A stretch of 57,673 bases of DNA from assembly GCA_947306225.1 (NCBI GenBank), contig CAMZFW010000001.1:1-57673 (forward strand), given 5' to 3'. Shown one piece after another: positions 30,250 through 38,094 of the stretch; the stretch's first letter is position 1; each line of letters begins with the position of its first letter. Source of the stretch: an uncultured Bacteroidales bacterium. Lineage in GTDB: Bacteria; Bacteroidota; Bacteroidia; Bacteroidales; P3. A model generated the notes under the pieces. It was given only the letters and a program-made list of their open reading frames with translations. It searched no databases and had not been told where the DNA came from. The position numbers and the translations under genes are program-made.

Positions 30250-30406
30250 GTGTTTTTTATGCACCTTTTTTCAACCGCTAAATTACTATTTTTTTTTGAA
30301 TTATCAACACTCCGTTGTAAAAAAATCGAAAAAATAACGATTTTTAACCCAAATCGTTCATTGGGGTTTGCTATTCCTCTCCAGCACCCACTGCCGTGTA
30401 GTATGC

Positions 30407-30603
30407 TACCGCATCCTACCGCATCCTACCGCATTCTACCGATTCTTACCGCATCTTACCGCATTCTACCGCATTTTACCGAAACTTACCGCATCCTACC
30501 GCTTTTTACCGAAACTTACCGCATTCTACCGATTGGGGGGTCGTTTGCCGTCGCCTGGACGGCAAACGAACGGCAAACGATCGGTTAACGAACGGATAAG
30601 TGC
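30407..30603 (+). repeat. composite repeat element, copy A: 13 x 10-bp TACCGCATYY units, G6, perfect 12-bp hairpin, 11-bp iterons
   Basis: Read directly. Units start at 30407, 30417 and so on to 30527. The hairpin is TCGTTTGCCGTC (30541..30552) / GACGGCAAACGA (30558..30569). Then follow ACGGCAAACGA, TCGGTTAACGA and ACGGATAAGTG. Confidence 0.9.
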
Positions 30604-30818
30604 AACACCGACGGACTCCACAATCTATATTATTACAATGTAGGAACAGGCGATAATTCTAAAACGGCAGAAAAAGATAGTGACAAATTGGTAGGGTGCG
30701 ACAAGCGCAGGTGTGGTGTGAGAAGAAATGATATGGCGGCGAGGGGGCTGAATAAAGAGTATTTTGTTAAAAAAATCTTAAATTTACCCATAATGGTTGC
30801 TATGTAAAAAAAAGTTCT

Positions 30819-30826
30819 TATCTTTG
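30819..30826 (+). promoter_or_regulatory. -7 promoter box P1 (TATCTTTG)
   Basis: aaaaaaaagttcTTATCTTTGcatc, the same architecture as P2 and P3 downstream. Confidence 0.5.
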
Positions 30827-30832
30827 CATCTA

Positions 30833-31058
30833 GACAAATTAACTCCAGAATTGAGCAAAATGCTGATTGAATGGTGACTTACGCGAAATGAGAGTTTGCT
30901 GGAGAGGTATGAATGGTCGTGGGTGCTTGATTTTTTGCTCTACTTGAGAAGGAATAATTTGCCAAAAGAGGATAGTCAAGTTCTAGCGATATAAGTGTTT
31001 CATCGTAATGCTTTTTTTGGGCGAGCGGTCTTTGTTCTTTAGACTGCTCGCTTTTTTT
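30833..31058 (+). ncRNA. candidate sRNA 1 (about 225 nt, P1 to terminator T1); ends are approximate
   Basis: Promoter box, no credible ORF (longest are 5 aa and 19 aa) and an intrinsic terminator at 31021..31058. The 5' segment CTCCAG..AGCAAA (30843..30859) can pair with TTTGCTGGAG (30895..30904). Confidence 0.35.
31021..31058 (+). terminator. intrinsic terminator T1
   Basis: GCGAGCGGTCT-ttgttcttt-AGACTGCTCGC followed by TTTTTTT. Confidence 0.7.
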
Positions 31059-31091
31059 ATGCATTTTTTTTTGTATGTCAGAAAAAAAGTG

Positions 31092-31099
31092 TATATTTG
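31092..31099 (+). promoter_or_regulatory. -7 promoter box P2 (TATATTTG)
   Basis: gaaaaaaagtgTATATTTGcaat, part of the duplicated terminator+promoter module. Confidence 0.5.
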
Positions 31100-31105
31100 C
31101 AATTG

Positions 31106-31378
31106 GAAAATTAACTTCAGTGTTAGGTTAAAATGTTGATAAATACTTTTTTGTCATCGGAATAGGATACGTTGAGGACAGATACAGGTTCTCAAAGTGT
31201 TCTTTTTTTTTACTTTTTGTTGAAGAGGATTGTTACTTTTGAGAATAGAAAACAACAATTAATATTAGAAAGGAAAGTTAGTAGAATTATAATCGTAAGA
31301 GTAAGCAATATTAGTGTTTCATCGTAATGCTTTTTTTTGGGCGGGCGGCCTTTGTTCTTTAGGCTGCCTGCTTTTTTT
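31106..31378 (+). ncRNA. candidate sRNA 2 (about 270 nt, P2 to terminator T2); ends are approximate
   Basis: The first ~45 nt resemble sRNA 1 (aaattaacTYcag...aaaATGYTGATW). It has no credible ORF and ends at terminator T2. Confidence 0.35.
31341..31378 (+). terminator. intrinsic terminator T2
   Basis: GCGGGCGGCCT-ttgttcttt-AGGCTGCCTGC followed by TTTTTTT. Two base pairs differ from T1 by compensatory changes. Confidence 0.7.
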
Positions 31379-31400
31379 GTGTTATGTCGAGAAAAAGTGT

Positions 31401-31408
31401 TATCTTTG
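31401..31408 (+). promoter_or_regulatory. -7 promoter box P3 (TATCTTTG) for the lipoprotein gene
   Basis: 22 nt upstream of the ATG at 31430. Confidence 0.55.
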
Positions 31409-31429
31409 CACATCAAAAACTTTTGTATT

Positions 31430-32212
31430 ATGAAGAGCAGATTATTTGTTATTGTGATGCTTGCCGCTGTGACGGCAGGCGTGGTTTCATGTAATGGCGG
31501 TCAGAAACAGCCGACACAGTATGCTGTGACGTTGGAACCGCTGACGAGTATGGATAAGCAGCCGCAGCTGGATTTGGCAGCGTCTGCAGTGTGGTGGGAC
31601 GATGCCATGGAGGCGAAGATGGCCACGGTGAAGAAAAATGGAGAGGATGTCGTCTTTATGCGCGACGACACCGCTGCCGCGCAAGGCATAGTGCGCATGG
31701 TGTATCCCGCCCATGTGTCGCTGGTTGGAGCGGGTTGCGTGAACGTTGGCCAGCATCAGTTGCCAACGAGTGAGGGCATGGTGTATTATGGTGAGACGAC
31801 CGAGGATGCGCCCGACCAGATGGTGCTGAAGGCGGTCTGCGGCGTGCTGCGTCTGCATCTGATTACGGCAGAGAAGATTGCCAATGTGACATTCGAGACG
31901 GCCGACAGCAACCGCTATATGACTGGCGTGTTCGAGGTGTCGAACTATCCATTCCCCGTGCTTACCGCCACAAAGCAGTCGCTGCGCAGTGTGGTGCTGG
32001 AGTCTCTGCAGGACATTGACTTCACACAGGGTGCGGAGGTATGCGCCTATGTTGCTCCAGGCTGTTTCCACACCTTCACGGTGATAATGACCACGGTGGA
32101 CGGGCGTGTCTGTACCAAGAACCTTAAGGAAGGCCGGGAGGTGCTGGTGGACCGCAACCGTACCATGACCGTCAACCTCGGTTCCCAAGAAGAGCCGTTG
32201 GTGTTTGAGTAA
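31430..32212 (+). CDS. lipoprotein, fimbrillin-like fold family (paralogous to the N-terminal half of 46252..47847)
   Basis: Lipoprotein signal MKSRLFVIVMLAAVTAGVVSC. The track ORF start at 31337 runs through terminator T2 and is rejected. Shared motifs with the 531-aa protein: LKAVCGVLRLHL / FKNLCGILRLRL and VDGRVCTKNL..V.RNRTMTVNL / SDGGVCTKTV..VQRSKITTITL. Confidence 0.7.
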   Translation: MKSRLFVIVMLAAVTAGVVSCNGGQKQPTQYAVTLEPLTSMDKQPQLDLAASAVWWDDAMEAKMATVKKNGEDVVFMRDDTAAAQGIVRMVYPAHVSLVGAGCVNVGQHQLPTSEGMVYYGETTEDAPDQMVLKAVCGVLRLHLITAEKIANVTFETADSNRYMTGVFEVSNYPFPVLTATKQSLRSVVLESLQDIDFTQGAEVCAYVAPGCFHTFTVIMTTVDGRVCTKNLKEGREVLVDRNRTMTVNLGSQEEPLVFE

Positions 32213-32412
32213 CGGCGACAACCGCTGCAAGCCAAGTATGAGTACGAATTGCTACAAATTTGCCGAGTGATATTGGTGAATTTATAGTAGTTCGTGTTCT
32301 TTTGATTTGGATTTGCATCATAGACGTAGATGTCTCGTCAGTAACACGAGTGTATGGGCTATCAAAAAAAACAAAAAAGAAAAGTTTTTTTTGATGAATG
32401 AAAAAAATGTTG

Positions 32413-32420
32413 TATCTTTG
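32413..32420 (+). promoter_or_regulatory. -7 promoter box (TATCTTTG) upstream of tRNA-Gln
   Basis: aaaaaaatgttgTATCTTTGcatc, about 88 nt before the tRNA. Confidence 0.55.
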
Positions 32421-32508
32421 CATCCTCAAAATATGAGGCATATCATGGTGTTTTTGAGTGTTACTGGTTGTGACTCATGTTTTTTGCAAGAATTGGTTAA
32501 TTGTTGAT

Positions 32509-32580
32509 TGTCCAATGGTGTAATGGCAGCACTCCAGATTTTGGTTCTGTCAGTCCAGGTTCGAGTCCTGGTTGGACAAC
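32509..32580 (+). tRNA. tRNA-Gln (anticodon UUG)
   Basis: Manual cloverleaf. Acceptor TGTCCAA/TTGGACA with U1-A72. D stem GTGT/GCAC around AATGGCA. Anticodon stem CCAGA/TCTGT with loop TTTTGGT (TTG at 32541..32543). T arm CCAGG-TTCGAGT-CCTGG. CCA is not encoded. Confidence 0.85.
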
Positions 32581-32586
32581 AAAAAA

Positions 32587-32661
32587 GTTGAGAGTTGAAA
32601 GTTGAAAGTTGAAAGTTGGCTGTGTCCAGATAAATTTCAACTTGAAACGTTCAACTCTCAA
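32587..32661 (+). repeat. long imperfect hairpin built from GTTGAAA/TTGAGAG heptamer repeats, between tRNA-Gln and lysS
   Basis: TTGAGAGTTGAA (32588..32599) is the exact complement of TTCAACTCTCAA (32650..32661). Inner AGTTGAAA/TTTCAACT also pair. GTTGAAA occurs three times in tandem. Confidence 0.8.
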
Positions 32662-32691
32662 TTCGTAATAATAATACTTAGCATCTATTCT

Positions 32692-34410
32692 ATGGCAGAA
32701 CTGACCGAACAAGAACAAATACGTAGAAATTCGCTGAACGAGCTGAAGAAGCTGGGCATCAATCCATATCCCGCCGCACTGTATGAGGTGAATGCGAAAT
32801 CGAGCGAGGTACTGGAGAAGTATCCGCAGGACAATACGCTGTTTCAGGACATCAGTATCGCGGGCCGCATCATGAGCCGCCGCATCATGGGCGCGGCATC
32901 GTTTGTGGAATTGCAGGACTCGTATGGGCGCATACAGCTTTATATCAAGCGCGATGAGATATGCCCCGGCGAGGACAAGACGATGTACAACACGGTGTTC
33001 AAGCGGCTGCTTGACATTGGCGACATCATCGGAGTGAAGGGTTACGTGTTTGTCACCCAGATGGGCGAGACCTCGATACACGTGAAGAGCCTGACGGTGC
33101 TGAGCAAGAGCCTGCGCCCCCTGCCGATAGTGAAGGAGAAGGACGGTGTGGTGTACGACGCGTTCAGCGACCCCGAGCAGCGGTACAGGATGCGGTATGT
33201 GGACCTGATAGTGAACCCGCAGGTGCGTAAGGTGTTTGAGCAGCGTGCGCTGATAGTGAACACGATGCGCGACTATTTCAATGAGCAGGGCTATCTGGAA
33301 GTGGACACGCCGGTGCTGCAGGTGATACCCGGCGGTGCGGCGGCACGCCCGTTTATCACACACCATAACGCATTGGATATCGACCTCTATCTGAGAATTG
33401 CCAACGAGCTGTATCTGAAACGGCTTATCGTGGGTGGCTATGCGGGTGTGTATGAGTTCAGCCGCAACTTCCGCAACGAGGGCATGGACAGGACGCACAA
33501 CCCAGAGTTCACCTGCATGGAGATATATGTGGCCTATAAGGACTACAACTGGATGATGACCTTCGTGGAGACGATGCTGAACAGGATAGTGATGCGGCTG
33601 CACGGCACAACGAAGGTGATGGTGTGGGGCAACGAGATAGACTTCAAGGCTCCGTTCCGGAGGGTGCCGATGTGCGAGCTGATTAAAGAGCAGACGGGCT
33701 ACGACGTGGCGGACATGGACGAGCAGCAGCTGCGCGAGACCTGCAAGGCGTTGGGCGTGGAAACCGACGAGACGATGGGCAAGGGCAAGCTGGTGGATGC
33801 CATCTTTGGCGAGAAGTGCGAGCATACGTTGATACAGCCGACCTTTGTGACCGACTACCCGATAGAGATGTCGCCCCTGTGCAAACGCCACCGCGACAAT
33901 CCCAATCTGACGGAGCGTTTCGAACTGTTTGTCAACGGCAAGGAGCTGGCGAACGCCTATAGTGAGTTGAACGACCCGATAGACCAGTTGGGACGGTTCC
34001 AAGAGCAGCTGCGACTGAGCGAGAAGGGCGACGACGAGGCGATGTTTATCGACATGGACTTTGTGCGTGCTCTGGAGTTCGGAATGCCGCCCACGTCGGG
34101 TATGGGCATCGGCATTGACCGTCTGGTGATGATGATGACCGGAGAGCAGAGCATTCAGGATGTGCTGCTGTTCCCGCAGATGAAGCCTGAGAAGAAGGCC
34201 GTGGTGACCACCGACGAGGAGTTTGTGGAGCACGGCGTGGCTGCCGAATGGGTGCCCATGCTGCGCAAGGCTGGCGTGAACACGCTGGCACAGCTGAAAG
34301 AGGCAAACCCCAACAAACTGTATAACGACCTCAACGGGTTGAGAAAGAAGAATAAGCTCGACATACCGCCCGTGCAGAAGGAGGCGGTGGAGAACTGGAT
34401 AAACGGCTGA
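32692..34410 (+). CDS. lysS: lysine--tRNA ligase (class II) with a ~75-aa C-terminal extension
   Basis: [27 protein letters not shown]..., class II motifs (FRNEG..THNPEFT; GIGIDRLVM). The track start at 32602 lies inside the upstream hairpin; the ATG at 32692 is used. Confidence 0.95.
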   Translation: MAELTEQEQIRRNSLNELKKLGINPYPAALYEVNAKSSEVLEKYPQDNTLFQDISIAGRIMSRRIMGAASFVELQDSYGRIQLYIKRDEICPGEDKTMYNTVFKRLLDIGDIIGVKGYVFVTQMGETSIHVKSLTVLSKSLRPLPIVKEKDGVVYDAFSDPEQRYRMRYVDLIVNPQVRKVFEQRALIVNTMRDYFNEQGYLEVDTPVLQVIPGGAAARPFITHHNALDIDLYLRIANELYLKRLIVGGYAGVYEFSRNFRNEGMDRTHNPEFTCMEIYVAYKDYNWMMTFVETMLNRIVMRLHGTTKVMVWGNEIDFKAPFRRVPMCELIKEQTGYDVADMDEQQLRETCKALGVETDETMGKGKLVDAIFGEKCEHTLIQPTFVTDYPIEMSPLCKRHRDNPNLTERFELFVNGKELANAYSELNDPIDQLGRFQEQLRLSEKGDDEAMFIDMDFVRALEFGMPPTSGMGIGIDRLVMMMTGEQSIQDVLLFPQMKPEKKAVVTTDEEFVEHGVAAEWVPMLRKAGVNTLAQLKEANPNKLYNDLNGLRKKNKLDIPPVQKEAVENWING

Positions 34411-34417
34411 TAGCGAT

Positions 34418-35062
34418 ATGCAGGTTAAGCAGTTTGTATTCAACCATTTTCAGACCAATTGCTATGTGGTGTGGGACGAGGCGACGAAGGAGTGCGCCAT
34501 TGTAGACCCTAGTGCAGAGGCGACTTATGAGGATGAAAGGCTGTCGCGATTTGTGACAGACAACGGGTTGAAGGTGGTGTATGTGTTACTGACTCATGCG
34601 CATGTGGACCATATAGCGGGGCTGCGTGAGGCGTGTGAACGCTACGGACTGCCAGTGACGCTGCATCGCGACGGAGTGAAGCTACTGAAGCAGGCGGAGG
34701 CATACGGTGCGATGATGGGCTTCGGCGTGACGGCGATGGATGACCTGAAGTGCGTGTTTGTGGATGACGGCGAGGTGCTGCAGTTGGGCAATGGTTGCAA
34801 GATAGAGTGCCGTTACGTGCCGGGTCATTGCCCGGGAAGCATGGCCTATGTGCTGCATGACGAACAGATGGTGCTGACGGGCGACGCCTTGTTCCAAGGC
34901 AGCATCGGTCGCACAGACCTGCCCGGAGGCAGCTATCCACTATTGATAGAGAAGTTGCACAGCCGTATCATGGTGCTGCCTGACGAGTATCAGGTGCTGT
35001 CCGGACACGGAGACCTAAGCACCATAGGCGAGGAGCGTCGGTATAACGGCTTTTTAGCGTAA
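34418..35062 (+). CDS. MBL-fold metallo-hydrolase (glyoxalase II-like)
   Basis: THAHVDHIAG metal motif; 214 aa. Confidence 0.85.
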   Translation: MQVKQFVFNHFQTNCYVVWDEATKECAIVDPSAEATYEDERLSRFVTDNGLKVVYVLLTHAHVDHIAGLREACERYGLPVTLHRDGVKLLKQAEAYGAMMGFGVTAMDDLKCVFVDDGEVLQLGNGCKIECRYVPGHCPGSMAYVLHDEQMVLTGDALFQGSIGRTDLPGGSYPLLIEKLHSRIMVLPDEYQVLSGHGDLSTIGEERRYNGFLA

Positions 35063-35066
35063 AAGA

Positions 35067-35747
35067 TTATTGTATTCTAGTCCAGTCGATGGGGGCAAGT
35101 CCCTGTTGCTGTAGGAGTGCGTTGCACTGCGAGAAATGACGGCATCCGAAGAAGCCTCGGTAGGCTGACAGCGGCGACGGATGAGGGGCCGTGAGGACGT
35201 AGTGGCGGCTGCGGTCGATGTATTGTGCCTTGCTGATGGCAAAGCTTCCCCAAAGCATGAATACAATGCCTGAGCGTTGTTGCGCCAGTGCCTGTATGGC
35301 GGCATCGGTAAACAGTTCCCAGCCGCGGTGCTGGTGAGAGCCTGCCTGATGGGCACGCACGGTGAGCGTGGCATTGAGCAGCAGCACGCCTTGGTCGGCC
35401 CAGCCGGTGAGGTTGCCGCAGGTGAGTGGAATATTGGTGCCGAGGTCGCTGTTTATTTCCTTGATGATATTGACCAGCGAGGGTGGCACGGCGATGCCTG
35501 CAGGCACTGAGAAACAGAGGCCGTGCGCCTGACCGGGCTCGTGGTAGGGGTCCTGTCCCAGGATGACCACCTTGACCTTATCGAATGGGGTGCGGTCGAA
35601 GGCGGCGAAGATGTCGCCACCCTTTGGGTAGCAGACATACTGCTGGCGTTCGGCAATAAGAAACTCTTTCAGCTGCGCGAAATAGGGGGCTTCGAACTGG
35701 GGTCGCAGCACTTCGAGCCACGAGGCATCAATCTTTGGGTTTATCAT
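35067..35747 (-). CDS. ung: uracil-DNA glycosylase
   Basis: GQDPYH, the LLLNATLTV motif and HPSPLSA. Confidence 0.95.
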   Translation of the reverse strand: MINPKIDASWLEVLRPQFEAPYFAQLKEFLIAERQQYVCYPKGGDIFAAFDRTPFDKVKVVILGQDPYHEPGQAHGLCFSVPAGIAVPPSLVNIIKEINSDLGTNIPLTCGNLTGWADQGVLLLNATLTVRAHQAGSHQHRGWELFTDAAIQALAQQRSGIVFMLWGSFAISKAQYIDRSRHYVLTAPHPSPLSAYRGFFGCRHFSQCNALLQQQGLAPIDWTRIQ

Positions 35748-35759
35748 GAGTATGTAGGG

Positions 35760-38075
35760 TTAGAAGCTGAAGGTGAGGCCGGCACTCCACAGAATAGGCA
35801 GTTGGTCGACGCGAGTGTAGGTGATACGGTCGAAGTAGAAGATGTTGTTGCGGTTGTATACGTTGGTGACGCTGAAGTTGACGTCGAGGATAGAGCGTTT
35901 GCCTATGGAGAAACGACGTTTGGCACTGAGGTCGAAACGGTGGTAGTTGGGCAGACGTCCGGCGTACAATTCGCCATAGGCAAGGCCGTAGTCGCCGTTG
36001 GTAAGGATGTAGTCGGTAGCGATACCCTCCTGGAAGGTGATGTTCTCATACATGCCTTGTGTCTGGGTGAAAGGGAATCCACTGCCGAAGCTCCATCGAC
36101 CGCTGATTTCCCATTCGTAGGTTTCGCCTAAACGGACGGTGCCGAGCAGATTGATGGTGTGGCGACGGTCGTAGTGAGGTGTGTAGGTCTGTATTTCGTC
36201 GGTGCGCTTCACCCAGCCGAGGGAGTAGGTTGCCCATAGGTATAGCCAGTCGATGTCGTAGCAGAGGCTCATGTCGAAGCCGTATGCGTTGCCTGTCTCG
36301 ATGATGAAATCGGTGAGGAGGTATTCGGGCTTGGCATAGGCTCCAGTGGGTCTGTAGGCGTCGTCGTTGCGGTCGAACATCTTGTTTCGGTTGGAATTGA
36401 GTAGGTTGTTGAAATGTTTTAGGTATACTTCCGCGTTGGCGGTAAGATGGTTGGAGAAGTCGTACTCGGCACCCACCACAATGTGCTGCGAATGCTGGAT
36501 GCAATTTTGCACTGGGTCGCCTTGGAAAGTGGTGGGCTTGTTGAGACTGCCTGTACCCGACAGTATGCCGTTGAACAGATTGACGATGTCGTTGTCGGAA
36601 CGGGCATCGAGGAATATCTGGCTGTATAGGCCGCCCGCCATTTTGAGACGGAAACGGTCGGTGGCGTTGTATTTGGCAGCCAGTCGAGGCTCGAAACTGC
36701 TAGCATTGAGCGACGAGTAGAAGATGTAGCGCAGGCCGGGGTCGATGAGCCATTTGTCTACAGCAATCTTGTAAGTGGCGTAGGCTGAGATGTTGTTGGT
36801 GTGTTCGTTTTGTTCGGAATGGATGCCATAAAAGTTGTAGAACTGGTAGTCGGTATGGTAGCCTTCGATGGCAAGACCGTACTTCAGTCGGTTGGAGCCG
36901 ACGAAGTTGGTGATGTCAAGCCCCATGTTAAAGCCGTTGATACGGCTGTATTTCTCATGCTTGGAAGAGTCGTTGAGGTTGACGGTGTAGTCGGAGTAGG
37001 CGACATGGCCTTCCAGAATGGAGCTAGAGCCCGTCACCAGCATGAAGTTGGTGCCGAGACCGTAGTTCTGCCAGTGATAGTCGGCCAGAGACTGATAGCC
37101 GGTAACGTCGTCGTCGAATCGGAACCCGAAGAAGTTGATTTTGCTGCCTTCGCCTGAGTTGATAGATACCTTGCCGTAGAGGTCGGTAAAGTCGAAAGGA
37201 AGTGAACTCTTGACATAGGGGTAGAGAATGGTGGACGTCTTGGAGAGGAACGAGTTTTTGGCAGAGAGAAGATAGGTGACTGTGGTGTGGCTGGTGGCGG
37301 TCTCTTTCTTGAGAGGGCCTTCGAGGAGTATCGATGCACCGAATGTGTTTAGCCCTATCTTGCCGGTGTGTCGTTTTTTGTTACCGTCGCGAGTGGTGAT
37401 GTCCATCACTGACGACAGCCGTCCCCCATATTCGGCACCGAAGCCGGCAGTATAGACGTCGGCATTCAGTATGATGTCGGTCTCGAAGATGGAGTAGAGT
37501 CCGATGGAGTGGAAGGGATTGTAGACAATCATGCCGTCCAGCAAGCAGAGATTCTGTATCATAGAGCCGCCACGGATATAGAGTTGGCCACCTTGGTCGC
37601 CGGTGGAATTGATGCCAGGCAGCACCTGTAGGTATTGCGCTAGGTCGGCGGTGCCGCCAATGGACGGCATTTGCTGTATCTGTGAGGCGGTGATTTTCTC
37701 GACAGACACCTGTGTCTGTATTTTGCGTTCTTCGATGCGATTGTCGGTGACGGTGACAGCTTTCAGCGTTTTCGACTCTGCTTTGAGTGAAATGTTACGG
37801 ACAATGGTCTGCCCCTTACCGATAGTGATGGGTTCGGTGTATTCGTGGTATCCGACAAAGCGCACGCGCAGTGTATAATCGCCAGCAGGCATCTTGTTGA
37901 TGAGGTAGAAGCCGTTGAGGTCGGTAGCGGCGCCGTAGCGAGTACCGTCAAGCACCACATTGGCAAAGGGGATGGCTTCGCCTGTTTCTTCGTCGGTGAG
38001 GACACCCTTGACGGTCTGAGCCTGTATTAGACTAAAAAGTAAGAGGTAAAAACAGAAAACAAGGAGTCGTTTCAT
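35760..38075 (-). CDS. TonB-dependent outer-membrane receptor with an N-terminal carboxypeptidase-regulatory-like domain
   Basis: Signal peptide, then GVLTDEETGEAIPFANVVLDGTRYGAATDLNGFY (CarbopepD_reg-like), a plug region and a C-terminal beta-barrel ending in ..LTFSF. Confidence 0.9.
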   Translation of the reverse strand: MKRLLVFCFYLLLFSLIQAQTVKGVLTDEETGEAIPFANVVLDGTRYGAATDLNGFYLINKMPAGDYTLRVRFVGYHEYTEPITIGKGQTIVRNISLKAESKTLKAVTVTDNRIEERKIQTQVSVEKITASQIQQMPSIGGTADLAQYLQVLPGINSTGDQGGQLYIRGGSMIQNLCLLDGMIVYNPFHSIGLYSIFETDIILNADVYTAGFGAEYGGRLSSVMDITTRDGNKKRHTGKIGLNTFGASILLEGPLKKETATSHTTVTYLLSAKNSFLSKTSTILYPYVKSSLPFDFTDLYGKVSINSGEGSKINFFGFRFDDDVTGYQSLADYHWQNYGLGTNFMLVTGSSSILEGHVAYSDYTVNLNDSSKHEKYSRINGFNMGLDITNFVGSNRLKYGLAIEGYHTDYQFYNFYGIHSEQNEHTNNISAYATYKIAVDKWLIDPGLRYIFYSSLNASSFEPRLAAKYNATDRFRLKMAGGLYSQIFLDARSDNDIVNLFNGILSGTGSLNKPTTFQGDPVQNCIQHSQHIVVGAEYDFSNHLTANAEVYLKHFNNLLNSNRNKMFDRNDDAYRPTGAYAKPEYLLTDFIIETGNAYGFDMSLCYDIDWLYLWATYSLGWVKRTDEIQTYTPHYDRRHTINLLGTVRLGETYEWEISGRWSFGSGFPFTQTQGMYENITFQEGIATDYILTNGDYGLAYGELYAGRLPNYHRFDLSAKRRFSIGKRSILDVNFSVTNVYNRNNIFYFDRITYTRVDQLPILWSAGLTFSF

Positions 38076-38094
38076 ATAGATATTTCAATTGTCA

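Noticed and set aside
30407-30534. Possible CRISPR array
   Set aside because: The units are contiguous 10-mers with no spacers. There are no cas genes and no leader-repeat-spacer organisation.
30247-30643. ORFs of 113 aa and 91 aa running through decamer array A, and the similar 119-aa ORF at 53046..53405
   Set aside because: The repeat period is exactly 10 bp, so the reading frame rotates every unit. The ORFs exist only because the unit has no stop codon in these frames. The 53046..53405 ORF also overlaps the 3' end of trkH-2 out of frame.
30888-30947. A 19-codon Cys-rich mini-ORF (MRVCWRGMNGRGCLIFCST) inside candidate sRNA 1
   Set aside because: It has no counterpart in the paralogous sRNA 2 unit and no supporting signal, so it cannot be distinguished from chance.
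32497-34443. A 648-aa ORF on the minus strand, longer than lysS itself
   Set aside because: It is exactly antisense to the well-supported lysS gene and also runs through the tRNA-Gln gene and its hairpin. Its composition is monotonous, rich in H, L, R, Q and V. It has no promoter box and no recognisable motif. It is best explained by GC-rich third positions of lysS removing stop codons in the antisense frame.
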